A stretch of 64,000 nucleotides of DNA from Tubiluchus corallicola (taxonomy: Eukaryota > Animalia > Priapulida). The notes under the pieces are model-generated. The model was not told the origin of the DNA. It worked only from the letters and a program-made list of their open reading frames with translations, and did no database searches. The stretch covers positions 1-64,000 of the forward strand of contig JAQGDQ010001020.1 of assembly GCA_030141605.1 (NCBI GenBank). Direction: 5' to 3'. Shown here in pieces: positions 26,120-39,182 of this stretch. Within the stretch, counting starts at the first letter, position 1; each line of letters starts with the position of its first letter. Made by a program: the position numbers and the translations under genes.

Positions 26120-28052
26120 ATCCATCCTTTCCCCGTTGAGGTGAGGTCTCTTGTCGTATCCGGCCATCCTTTCCCCGTTGAGGTGAGGTCTCTTGTCGTA
26201 TCCAGCCATCCTCTCCCCGTTGAGGTGAGGTCTCTTGTCGTATCCGGCCATCCTTTCCCCGTTGAGGTGAGGTCTCTTGTCGTATCCATCCATCCTCTCC
26301 CCGTTGAGGCGAGGTCTCTTGTCGTATCCATCCATCCTCTCCCCGTTCAGGTGAGGTCTATTGTCGTATCCATCCATCCTCTCCCCGTTGAGGCGAGGTC
26401 TCTTGTCGTATCCGGCCATCCTTTCCCCGTTGAGGTGAGGTCTCTTGTCGTATGCATCCATCCTCTCAACGTTGAGGCGAGGTCTCTTGTCGTATCCAGC
26501 CATCCTTTCCCCGTTGAGGTGAGGTCTCTTGTCGTATCCAGCCATCCTCTCTCCGTTGAGGTGAGGTCTCTTGTCGTATCCAGCCATCCTCTCTCCGTTG
26601 AGGTGAGGTCTCTTGTCGTATCCATCCATCCTTTCCCCGTTGAGGTGAGGTCTCTTGTCGTATCCATCCATCCTTTCCCCGTTGAGGTGAGGTCTCTTGT
26701 CGTAGCCATCCATCCTCTCTCCGTTGAGGTGAGGTCTCTTGTCGTATCCATCCATCCTCTCCCCGTTGAGGCGAGGTCTCTTGTCGTATCCATCCATCCT
26801 CTCCCCGTTCAGGTGAGGTCTATTGTCGTATCCATCCATCCTCTCCCCGTTGAGGCGAGGTCTCTTGTCGTATCCGGCCATCCTCTCCCCGTTGAGGTGA
26901 GGTCTCTTGTCGTAGCCATCCATCCTCTCCCCGTTGAGGCGAGGTCTCTTGTCGTATCCAGCCATCCTTTCCCCGTTGAGGTGAGGTCTCTTGTCGTATC
27001 CAGCCATCCTCTCTCCGTTGAGGTGAGGTCTCTTGTCGCATCCAGCCATCCTTTCCCCGTTGAGGCGAGGTCTCTTGTCGCATCCAGCCATCCTCTCCCC
27101 GTTGAGGCGAGGTCTCTTGTCGTATCCAGCCATCCTCTTCCCGTTGAGGTGAGGTCTCTTGTCGTATCCAGCCATCCTCTCTCCGTTGAGGTGTGGTCTC
27201 TTGTCGCATCCAGCCATCCTTTCCCCGTTGAGGTGAGGTCTCTTGTCGTATCCATCCATCCTCTCCCCGTTGAGGCGAGGTCTCTTGTCGTATCCATCCA
27301 TCCTCTCCCCGTTCAGGTGAGGTCTATTGTCGTATCCATCCATCCTCTCCCCGTTGAGGCGAGGTCTCTTGTCGTATCCGGCCATCCTCTCCCCGTTGAG
27401 GTGAGGTCTCTTGTCGTAGCCATCCATCCTCTCCCCGTTGAGGCGAGGTCTCTTGTCGTATCCAGCCATCCTTTCCCCGTTGAGGTGAGGTCTCTTGTCG
27501 TATCCAGCCATCCTCTCTCCGTTGAGGTGAGGTCTCTTGTCGCATCCAGCCATCCTTTCCCCGTTGAGGCGAGGTCTCTTGTCGCATCCAGCCATCCTCT
27601 CCCCGTTGAGGCGAGGTCTCTTGTCGTATCCAGCCATCCTCTTCCCGTTGAGGTGAGGTCTCTTGTCGTATCCAGCCATCCTCTCTCCGTTGAGGTGTGG
27701 TCTCTTGTCGCATCCAGCCATCCTTTCCCCGTTGAGGCGAGGTCTCTTGTCGTATCCAGCCATCCTTTCCCCGTTGAGGCGAGGTCTCTTGTCGTATCCA
27801 GCCATCCTCTTCCCGTTGAGGTGATGTCTCTTGTCGTATCCAGCCATCCTTTCCCCGTTGAGGCGAGGTCTCTTGTCGTAGCCATCCATCCTTTCCCCGT
27901 TGAGGTGAGGTCTCTTGTCGCATCCAGCCATCCTTTCCCCGTTGAGGCGAGGTCTCTTGTCGTATCCAGCCATCCTCTCCCCGTTGAGGCGAGGTCTCTT
28001 GTCGTATCCAGCCAACCTTTCCCCGTTGAGGCGAGGTCTCTTGTCGTATCCA
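26120..28052 (-). repeat. 42-bp minisatellite, ~46 copies, inside an exon, with higher-order blocks
   Basis: Encodes (A/D)GYDKRP(R/H)LNGERM in the open 658-aa frame. A variant unit (caggtgaggtctatt) recurs at ~26348, ~26810, ~27314. Confidence 0.97.
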
Positions 28053-28729
28053 GCGCAAAAACAAAATGCCATTGTTCATCTCTTATTCTTGCTCCAAGAG
28101 CAGCAGCCGAACTAAACAAGATGTAGATAAATTCAATTATGGCACAATCCGAGCTACTAATTACGAAATTCTGTTTTTGAGTTACTAGTGAGCAAAAAAC
28201 CAACATTAGAACTAACATCACAGTAAAATCTTACTATTCTATAAGCGCTTGAATGTAGCTATAGTTATTCTTAACGTGAGAAAACAGTACAAAGGGTGTT
28301 CATGTTGTGAAGTTTAAAGCTTATCACTAAACATCTGCAAAAATTGGCTTAAACATATCTAGCACAACTCTGTTTTGTAGAAACTGGTTTTCACTAATAC
28401 AAGGAAAAAGTATCAATAACGGGTATTATATTTTATCATAGCAAATTTTAAATGTCGCAGTATGTCTGAGAATGGTTGCTTTGTGTCTATAACTATGCAA
28501 AAATTCTATTCTATTTTTCAGCAAAAAAAGCAGATTCAATCGAGAAAACCAAACGAACAAATTCTTGACTTGTTATAATTTAAAATTTATATCACTTATA
28601 CTAAATGGTACTAAAAATGGCTGATGAGATTTGGTAAGTACTTTACTTTTACCTATAATATGTTTTTCTCGCAGGATTATGAGATGCTACCAGTACCGAA
28701 GTGCTGTCTGTGCCAACTTAGAACTTTTT

Positions 28730-29105
28730 TGTTATTTATTTATTATTATTATTATCACATTCAGTACAATGTAATGACATTAAGCACACAGTGACATCAA
28801 AATTATTACATCATACTGTATTAAATTGTTATGTTTCATGCACTATCGTTATCATAAAAGATTAATTGTACTGCAGTGGGCTAGAGAAGCAAAGGCTTGT
28901 ATAAGCCCACTGTCATGTGAACACGATAAAAAAAGAATGGATGAGTGAACAAAAAAAAAGAACTGGGAGAAAGGTTAGATCACACAGGAAGGGTAGAAGG
29001 ATGTGTCAGTGGAAATGGTAGGAAGAAAGATAATAGATTGCGCTATGTTGACATCAGCTCTAAAAATTTATCAATGATGCCTTGTTCTGCACCAAGATTG
29101 TGGAA
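28730..29105 (-). mobile_element. LINE 3' end, second copy of 36955-37330
   Basis: Near-identical to 36960-37325, with a (TTA)n-like tail. Confidence 0.7.
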
Positions 29106-30839
29106 TAACTTTTCGTGTAAAAAGCAATACATCTGATTATGCAGCATTGTAAGTTTGCAGTAACAGAAAAGAACTCAGTTCAAGTTACCTAGTCATGGTG
29201 ATTGTGTGAAATTATTACAACGTAAGTTGATGTACGATTACATGACAGCACTTAGATGGTTTCGTTTTCATTACAAATAAAAATTTACCGTAACATCAAG
29301 AAAAAAATGACCACATTTTTTCTCTATGCATTCTTACCGTTAGTTCCTTTGTTTACATTGAACAGAAAACCATTAATCTGAAGCGATGTCTGGCTTTCGG
29401 AAACGCTTCCAGTAGGTTTTGCATAGAACGTCAAAGCAAATGGCAGTGCGGCGTCGGTACCTCTCCTCTTCACCGACTAAGAATAGAATGAAACCATTAT
29501 TAATAAGGTGCTTCAGAGAAAACAAGTTTACACAACGTATTAATACGAGATGATACATTTACAAAACACGTAGACATACATATGTTATTGGTTAGGAGCC
29601 GATGTAAGAGCTCTGTAAGAAACATTTTGCTGAAACTGCGTGCGCATTTATTGCGCAACAAAGTCGTGAAATAATGATGGAGGATCACTGCATCAGAAAG
29701 AAAGACCACACAGAACTTCCTACGTAGTCCTGATAAAACATCTATCTATTTTAGAACATCTAGATGATACAAAACATTTTTAATAATATATTACGGCAGC
29801 AAGCAGAACAAAACCCTCCGCATACATAAAGCTTAAAAAGTTGGTCTCGAAATTTTATACGACTTATGCGTACTACTTTTTCGTAAGCATGGCTTGCGTC
29901 GGTCGTAACGCTGTATAAAACGTGTAAATCTAAACTCCTGCGATGACCGTCAGGCACAGCCATTTTAATGGTAGGTCGTTTGAAACAAGTTTTGATCACA
30001 TTGAGTAAAGTTTGAAAAAATAATCAGAGCATTAGTTTTGAAAACATTGAGTAAAGTTTGAAAGTTTAATCACAGCATTCGCAGCATACATGTTGCTAAT
30101 TAAGTAAAATTTTAAATTACTGTATCTTATCTTATCTTATCTTACTGTAAGAATAAAAATACGTTTTCAGCTAGTGAGTGGTACACCCCGGAGGGTGAGT
30201 CAGTGACATTTTACCAACTCACATAAACATTTTAAATTATTAGTCTAGTCACATAACTCTTTCCAGCAGGTAAGCGAAATACTAAGTAATATAGATTTGC
30301 ACGAAAAGTTTTTTGGGTCATAATTTAACATTGCCTTTTCTTCCCCTGAGTTACGTGTTTTAGTGACGTCATGTAATGGCGCCGTCGGAACAGTATTGCG
30401 AGACATTTAAAATGAAAACAAATGAAAATTCCTTTCAACGCGAATACGATATGTGCATAAAAGTGCTGCAAAGTAGTATAAATTATAAAGGCGATTTTTC
30501 TGAAACTTACTTCAAGTACCCCTTTTTTTGTCCTTTAAGTCTCACTAAGCTCCTACATTTACCAACAATACCAGCTAAGACACTGATGAAGTATGGCAAA
30601 CGTGCATCTTAAGCTCAGTGAGTTTATCCTGGCTAAAGTATCAGAAATAAGAATGAGACGAGCAGATTTTGGACCGCCAGAAATGGGATACCACTACCAA
30701 TCGAGTTATTTTAAGTAGCTAGGAGAACAAAAGATTTAGGAAAGGTCCTAACTGCAACGGCCCCGTGGCAATGGCAGTCACGGCAGTAGCCAGTAACAGT
30801 TGCAGCCAAACGCTATTTAAGATTGAACGAAAATGCTGT

Positions 30840-32310
30840 ATATGTTCACCTACCATGCAAGCTGTTAGGGCAGTCATGGGAGTCCTGACAACGTTGTTTA
30901 ACTTGACACATCTGCTGGCATCAGCGGTTTGAAAATTCATCATTGTTCCTGATGCCACTTCAACATCATAACAAATCGCAGCCGAACCTGAAATTACAGT
31001 AACTGTTAAGTTATGCATCTTGCATCAACAGAAAGAACAATGCCTTTTCTAGTTATGAATTAGTGGCTGTATATTGTGGCGGGTCGCAGGATTAAACCGT
31101 CACAGGCTTCGTGAATATGTAGTGTATTGAATGTAAAATTGCGTGGGCCAATCAGAGCTCAGTTTTTTCTAGGCCAATTTTCTCGAGCGTGTAAACTGTT
31201 CTTGTAGATTCGAGGGCAGTGCGTTCTCGGCCATGTTCGGCTTCGGTTTCATTTTGTTTTTCTCTTCTTGGTTGCTGTTATTAAGTCAGTCGTGATTCAG
31301 TAATTTTTGGTTTAACACCTTGGTTTGCATTTCGACTCAACGCGTGTTAGCTATAAGCTGTTGTTAAGTGTTTCATTTTACTGTTTTTCTTTCTTTTCTT
31401 TTTTTTAATAATTTTCTTTAGTTTATTATGAATCCTCGCTATCACAGACGGCATCACAATATGTTCACCTACCATGCAAGCTGTTAGGGCAGTCATGGGA
31501 GTCCTGACAACGTTGTTTAACTTGACACATCTGCTGGCATCAGCGGTTTGAAAATTCATCATTGTTCCTGATGCCACTTCAACATCATAACAAATCGCAG
31601 CCGAACCTGAAATTACAGTAACTGTTAAGTTATGCATCTTGCATCAACAGAAAGAACAATGCCTTTTCTAGTTATGAATTAGTGGCTGTATATTGTGGCG
31701 GGTCGCAGGATTAAACCGTCACAGGCTTCGTGAATATGTAGTGCATTGAATGTAAAATTGCGTGGGCCAATCAGAGCTCAGTTTTTTCTAGGCCAATTTT
31801 CTCGAGCGTGTAAACTGTTCTCGTAGATTCGAGGGCAGTGCGTTCTCGGCCATGTTCGGCTTCAGGTTTCATTTTGTTTTTCTCTTCTTGGTTGCTGTTA
31901 TTAAGTCAGTCGTGATTCAGTAATTTTTGGTTTAACACCTTGGTTTGCATTTCGACTCAACACGTAAGTGTCAGCTATAAACTGTTGTTAAGTGTTTCAT
32001 TTTACTGTTTTTCTTTCTTTTCTTTTTTTTAATAATTTTCTTTAGTTTATTACGAATCCTCGCTATCACTGACGGCATCACAATATGTTCACCTACCATG
32101 CAACCTGTTAGGGCAGTCATGGGAGTCCTGACAACGTTGTTTAACTTGACACATCTGCTGGTATCAGTGGTTTGAAAACTCATCATTGTTCCTGATGCCA
32201 CTTTCAACATCATAACAAATCGCAGCCGAACCTGAAATTACAGTAACTGTTAAGTTATGCATCTTGTATCAACAGAAAGAACAATACCTTTTCTAGTTAT
32301 GAATTAGTGG
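30840..32310 (-). repeat. ~620-bp tandem duplication giving 3 copies of the first pentraxin exon
   Basis: tatgttcacctaccatgcaa at ~30841, ~31459, ~32084; near-identical intervening sequence. Confidence 0.92.
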
Positions 32311-35300
32311 TAACATTACGACTTCATGTTACCAGCTAGTGAGGCCCGCTAGCCCGAAAGTTCCCGAAAAAATACTGTGCCTGCAAACCAAATACATCCA
32401 TAAGTTGGCATAGTTAAAACTAAGTTGCTTCAAAGAAGAATGCACCAAAAATTTGGTGAAATGTGAATCCGAGGTTCTTAAATAACCATTTCTTTAATAA
32501 CCAAAGCCGAAAGCGTGAGTAAAAAGATAAACATCTCTGTGCAGAATACCGTACTTACTTGTGTTTTAAATTACTAAAAAAAGAAGAAACAGTTAATTGA
32601 AAGGCTAACATATATATTTTACGATATTTATAAACACAAACAACATTAATAACACTGCAACAAACAAACAATACTAATTAAAATGAGCATAAACATTGAT
32701 CAAAACTATTCTATTAGTAAACCGTCTAACGTGTGTGTGTGCTCTAAGACCCAGTATCTAGACATTGCCAACGATTTAGTTTGGCAGAAGGCTTTTATAA
32801 TGTACGATATTCATAATATCTAAAAATAGCCTGAGGTACAAGTTTAAGATCACGTATGCCATGCAAGGTCAAAACTACCCGTGGATGCGGCTTCCAACGT
32901 GTTTAAAATAGAGAGACTATTTTACACTTGCAACATTCCGCGACATACATCTCACATTCTCAGAGGTGGTTTAGTACAGCTATACCATATGAACTTGGTA
33001 CAGCTTTTAACAAACCTTCATGATTCATCTAAGTTCTGCTGTTTGGGCAGTGAAACATTAGGTGCACTAGTGTGCAGATTTCAATTATTTCACTGAGAGG
33101 TTGAAAAGTCAATGGTACAGTTTTTTATTAGTTTCCCCGAGTTCAGCTGCCCAGTATAACGAAGCAGAATAATCAAATCGTCCTTTATTTCCAGCAAAGT
33201 GCATTTTAAGCTAAAGCATAGAACTACTGCAACAATAATCAAGCCAGCCTTCATTTCCAGCAAAGTCCATTGAAGCTAAAGAAAAGCGTTACTACGACAA
33301 TAATCAAGCCCGCCTTCATTTCCAGCAAAGTCCATTTGAAGCTAAGCAAAGCACTGCTGCGACAACGCCAAGCTAAAACAATCCCTTGCAAATTCCAAGT
33401 GCAACTGCAATTTTTATCATCTCAACTTAGACAAAAATCATTACTGTCTAATTGTTTACTTTAATTTAGTGTAACTTTAAAATATTCAAGTAACTAATTC
33501 TCCTATCTGCAATAGAGAGACTTACCCGTTTGTTACTAAATCATTGCTGATGCCATGATTTGTTTAGAGAAAGAGCTATAATGTGTTAATGACGATCACG
33601 AAAATAACCCAACCGGTAAACAATTACAGCCAAGAAAAAGTTTCTACAATAAGCTACACAGATTGCAAATCATGGTTATCTCGTTCACTTTATTTTATCA
33701 ATAACAAGTTACAGCAGGCACATGTCAACAACCATCGGAGTTCCACGTGGTAATAATGGCCAATCAGCTTTCCTTTGTGAGACTGGGCTACGTAGGCGGG
33801 TCAGTAGATATACTGTCGCTTTTGATTGGTTACGAATAGAATGGTCGCAGCGCACACTATCTACGACCACGTATTATATCACTATGTTCATAACGTTATA
33901 ATTGACGTCTAACATAATGTAAATCATTTTCGTTGACCGCCCAATTAGCGTGCAAACTATTTCACATACCCCAGCAGCAGGAACGTTCGGTTCATTTGGC
34001 TACAGCTCCGTCTAACTCTGTTATGAAAAATGCTCAACTTTTCATTAGTTAGAGAGACAAATATTAGGCAGGTTGTAGATTTTATTATTGTCAATTGTAA
34101 TTGCAACAGAATTGGAGGAAATATATAGTCTAGTTTCGTTTATAGGAAGAAATGCATAACGCTTATGTCTATGAGTTGCTGATTAAACCATTTTGCAAAC
34201 AAGAAAAGGTGCAGTTTATGGCTTTGCAAGTTAAATAATCAAACAACTATTTGATTAACTTTAAATAAGGACAAAACAAAATGTTTTCTTTCCTGGCCAG
34301 TTTTTATAAACCTCAATGAGACTTTCACAGCCAAAATTAATTCAGATGTGGTCAAAACTTACATTATACATCAATTAGCTAATTTTCGCTAAGATGCCAT
34401 TGGGACTCATGTGACTCGGGAATTCAATATATGGCTCGTCCGTGGAATGGAACAGTCAAATCTGTTCCATTTCCGTAGCTTGACAAACGGAAAAATACAA
34501 AAATTTAATAAACCTTGATTATTACTTATTCATGATTAATTAATATAGAAAAATACATAGCAGGCTTGATGTTCGTATGCTTAAAGGCAAGAAAGACTTA
34601 ATATTTTTGTTGCTCATTTATTGTAAAGCGAGGCTAACTGGCTTAGTTTCTTTAATACGTTTGTGTCTCTGTATGTTCTAGTGCTATGAACCTTCGTCTA
34701 TACATTCTGTTTAAATCGAAAAGTCATTTTTTGGCTACTTGAAGTGTTAATTTCGTGTTAAAATAGCTGCTGCTCTGCACATTTGTGTTTATGAAAAAGA
34801 GCAATCAGTTTATCTGCTGATGAGACATTAATTGTTGTTTAGTTTAGTTTAGTTTAGTTTAGACAGTTGTTGCCCTGCGAGAGCTGTTGTCCCGAATGCT
34901 ACTGAGTGTGCTTACGTTGCAGCGGAGAGGAGCGATCGACCAATATGTTTGACGTCAATTGTTTATACAGTGTGCAAGTACTATCAAGCAAGAAAATTCC
35001 TAGATTCATTAACGCATCATTAATAAATGCACCAGACCGATTTATGACAAAAAAGTTAAGGCAGTACAGGTTATCATAAACCTTCAAAACATTCGATACA
35101 ATTTGACAAAATGTTTTTGGCTGCTCACTAATAAAAAAGAGTGTAAACTGGAAAAATCGGTACCCATAAATACCAATCCCTAATAAATCTCGTACTGAGG
35201 CATTCAAGATAACCTGTTGTGAACTTACGTTAGCACCTGATCACACGCTGTTCAACGCACAAAGGCGTTGGTCAGGTGGTATACACACCCGTGCAGCGAC

Positions 35301-36954
35301 TCGAAAGACCAATGACCGTTAAACGAAACGTAGGGAACTAAATTCCATGAGATCCGTTCACAGTAATGTCACTATATACATTAGATTGGAAACATGCAAA
35401 TCGGTATTTCAGTCATTAATACGCAACAAATTTTGACCTATCAAACAGCTGTACCCGACAACAATGCAAGGTAAATCATTTTCTAACATATCACTCTCTG
35501 CACTGAGTAATACATTTATATACCTACTTCAAATGACCGTTTGCTCACCAGCTATTATTCAGCAACAACTCAAAAAGTGTTGGTACTGACCATTTCAAAG
35601 AAGGAACCTTTTACAGAAGGAACACTCAATTTAACAAGACATAAATCTTTAGCTGCTGTGAATTCTTGCCCCCCAACGATCCTTTAATTACTGTCATATG
35701 GGCAGTGTTGACCGACTTTACGTTGTTAGCAAACCAACCCCCACAACTATACAGGACTGCAGACAACACAGCAACACTTCTTTCCTTACAATATACAAAA
35801 GAATGTGCTTTTCAAAACTTCAGAAAGTTTCTCTTCGCAATGTTTTACAATTGAAGGCACACCACAATTAGTTTGGAAATTGAATTTTACTACAGTTAGT
35901 AAACCAAGCACAGAAATACAGTACTGTGTATTACAGTACTACAGCAATAATTGCAGTAATACAAACACTGTTTAGCTAGCAATATGGATTTTATGTTCTT
36001 CCGTGAAAACTTACACTATTTTTCCATACAGATTATGTATTTTGTTGTGTAATGAAGTTCAGTGGGAAACTGATATTGTCAGTGACTGTAACTTACTGTC
36101 CCTTTGCCCGATTAAAATGTAGCAACATGTTTTTACATCGTACAATGGACAAATCAGACACAAAACTAATTTAAAAAACTCTAATTACATTTCGATGTTC
36201 TACAGCAGAAATCAATCATTATACAAGCATTATAAGAATGTTACATTGTTGATACCTGGGCCGGACCATGACCATTTTGGGCTCGTAGGCTAATGAAATT
36301 ATGGGGTCCCCATTAGACCGAGCCACCCTCTAAATCGCTCGCCCCCGTCTTGAATATTTTTTACTCGTGATATATTTTAGCGACATAAACTTAGTGCAAA
36401 TTATTTAAATAAACTAGAATAGCCATATTTTGTTTCCCAGTAAGATATTCCTTCAGCCTAAAATAAAATACCACTATTTTAATATACTGCTGAATCTAAG
36501 CCAAGTAAGTACGTATTTCTGCTCAATCGTAGTGAAAAAAACAGATTTTTTTACCAAATGTTACCAAAACTTGAGTCTCCGGATAATCAAACCCTGGTTG
36601 GTACTGAAATTTTGTACATATTTGTAACATACATGACAATACAATGATACTTACTTTTATACATAATCTTCTTGAAATCACATATGGACACGAAGCACGG
36701 CAGGCAAAGCAAATCATATAACTAAACACACGTTACGTTGACCTCAATGCATCTACTAAGAAAATGGAAACTTAACTTTCTACCACGTCTATGTACAGAA
36801 CCGTCGTGTATGGAATAAGGCGTAGATGCGTGAAAAAATACGAACTTTCTCAGTGACCCGTTACATGTCTGAAACAGTGTTCAACGTAGCAGAGGCAGGG
36901 CCGGTTCTAGGTAGTTTGGCGATCTAGGAAAAAGTATTTTAACGCCCGTCCTTT

Positions 36955-37550
36955 ATTTTTTTTATTTATTAATTATCACATTCAGTACAATATAATGACA
37001 TTAAGCCACACAGTGACATCAAACTTATTACCTCTACTGTATTAAATTGTTATGTTTCATACACTATCGTTATCATAAAATAATAATTGTACTGCAGTGA
37101 GCTAGAGAAGCAAAGGTTTGTATAAGCCCATTGTGATGTGAACCCGATGAAAAAAGAATGGATGAGTGAACAAAAAAAGAACTGGGAGAAAAGTTAGATC
37201 ACACAGGAAGGGTAGAAGGATGTGTTAGTGGAAATGGTAGGAAGAAAGATAATAGATTGTGCTATGTTGACCTAAAGATTTATCAATGATGCCTTGTTTT
37301 GCATAATCTGTACCAGGATTGTGGTATGACTGCTGCAGTAGGTGTGGGAAATTAGGACGGGTTGTACTTGTTGAGAATCATTGCTCCGTATTTCTTTTTA
37401 AATTTTTGAATTGGCTGAACAGTTTTTAATTCATCATTTATGTCATTCCAAAGCCTTGGACCAACATTTGCAATGAATTGCCGTGCCACGTCTGTTCTAC
37501 AGAAATTTACGACAAACTCATTCATTCTGGTTGCGTAACTCCGATTATTT
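36955..37550 (-). mobile_element. LINE 3' fragment (ORF2 C-terminus plus 3' UTR)
   Basis: The minus strand reads CRTDVARQFIANVGPRLWNDINDELKTVQPIQKFKKKY, a typical CR1/L2-group ORF2 end. Confidence 0.75.
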
Positions 37551-37774
37551 GTTCCTCAACTACCATTCCCCACGGCTCCCACGAACCCCACCCACAAAAC
37601 TGAACTTTTATTGTATGTAACAAAGTATAGTGGTGCCTGTGTATTAAACTTACAGATTATTATATGTATTATAGTGTACTAATTAAATGTAGTTAATTAC
37701 ATATCTACTTTTTTCTAACCCAAAACCAACAAAAAAAACAAAAACAAACACACCCACACCACAAACCACAAACA

Positions 37775-38155
37775 GTGTTACATAATCAAGTTATCTTAAT
37801 TTTACAAACTATTAACAAATAATAGTCTTTCTATCTTTTATATCATCTCATATATGAGCTTCATTCATTACATCATTCCATTTTAAGCACTAATGTTTTT
37901 TTTATCATACGATTCACTTTAAATTTTCAGATTATTTACATTACTTTTTTTCTTTCACTGTGTGGGACAATCTAACAAGCCCTGCTTTTTGACTGCCCGC
38001 AACACATTTAACTTCGTATGTAAGTGAACAGTGTTTGAGGCTTTTCCTGTGCAGTATTTCTGATTTGTATTACGTTCATTGTAGGCTCTTTCACTAGATA
38101 TTGTACATGAAACTATTGTAAATGTGAAAGGTGAAATAAATGGCTTATGACAACT
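37775..38155 (+). mobile_element. Dispersed retroelement-like 3' tail (copy at 53003-53385)
   Basis: About 380 bp near-identical to 53003-53385; ends in AATAAA and (CTTATGA)n. Confidence 0.6.
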
Positions 38156-38882
38156 TGTGTTAATTTCATTTGAAGTTAAATTTATGACCCCATTGTATGT
38201 CCCGCGTCCTCAGAACAATCAAAATTTCCACCATTTCTGCTGCTGCACTTCATCTGCATCTAAAAATTCACGAAACGCTAACTCCTCTTTTTCTTATACA
38301 CCAAATTTTCACTTGTTTCATCATCTTCATAGCCATGACTCTGGTCTGGTTGCAAATAGTTCATTAGCTCCCCCTTGACAACGGACTATGCCATTTTTGT
38401 AATGAATTAAGAAAATTGATGACGAAAAGCATTTAATTCTTGAACGTAACTAACGTAATGATTATCATGATATAATGATAATAAAATTTAAGACAAAGAC
38501 TGTTCTCTCATGTCAAGGATATGATGGTGATTGTAGTGATGACGTAATGATGGTGGTAGTGCTGGTACAACAACAACAGCAACGACAAAAGCAAAAAGGA
38601 AATTTTAGAAACAAAAATCAATCTCTGACAAACTTTGTACAATTAGAGTAAAACAACGACTGTAGATGGCAGCATAGACTAATTCAGTACTTTAGTGTAG
38701 TAGACTGTCAATTAGATGGATCACATAATACTACAATCGCGTACTCGGTACAATAAGCGACACATGCAGACTACGTACACTATCCTATTCATCTTCAAAG
38801 GTGGAGGCTCAATTTCTAGATTGCATTTGGCTGCTTGTACAGCTCCTCCGCCTAGTGTCGAGATACAGTGTGGGCATCCCGC

Positions 38883-39002
38883 AAGCCTATAGCATCTGGT
38901 ATCCTTAGGTGGTCACCCATCCAAGTACTAACCAGGCTCTACGTTGCTTAACTTCGGTGACCAGACGAGAACCGGATGTTTTCAACGTGATATGTCCGTA
39001 GT
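38883..39002 (-). pseudogene. 5S rRNA-derived sequence (pseudogene or SINE3 head)
   Basis: The reverse complement ctacggacatatcacgttgaaaacatccggttctcgtctggtcaccgaagttaagcaacg..ttagtacttggatgggtgacc..taggctt matches animal 5S rRNA, with several substitutions and no oligo-T terminator. Confidence 0.85.
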
Positions 39003-39182
39003 ATATGTATATATAAAGAATAGATATTTATTATTCATATTGATTTCCATAATTCCAAAATCTTTCCTGTAGATATCATTCTGATTAGTACCTGGCCAGG
39101 TGACACTTTATCAACCACAAGACACAGAAACACTTTGATCATTCAAGCAGAACTGAGACAACAACGTACTTTGTAATTATTT

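Larger units (their letters stand above)
26100..32240 (-). pseudogene. Pentraxin-domain gene (- copy, inverted paralog); first exon in 3 copies, second exon 28111-26100
   Basis: atttcag|GSAAICYDVEVASGTMMNFQTADASRCVKLNNVVRTPMTALTACM; tttag|..IRDEQWHFV..CAGYDKRPxLNGERM..DSVDSTF|gtaag. Two extra T at ~28057-28061 shift the frame. Confidence 0.65.

Noticed and set aside
26141-28126. 661-aa plus-strand ORF and other repeat-frame ORFs
   Set aside because: Antisense or alternate frames of the 42-bp array; only the GYDKRP frame is homologous to the paralogous exon.
34899-35470. Coding-like stretch (also 21980-22560 and 29370-30000)
   Set aside because: No recognisable motif or consistent reading frame; possibly decayed transposon sequence.
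38883-39002. Functional 5S rRNA gene
   Set aside because: Solitary, with stem-disrupting substitutions, an altered 5' end and no Pol III terminator.
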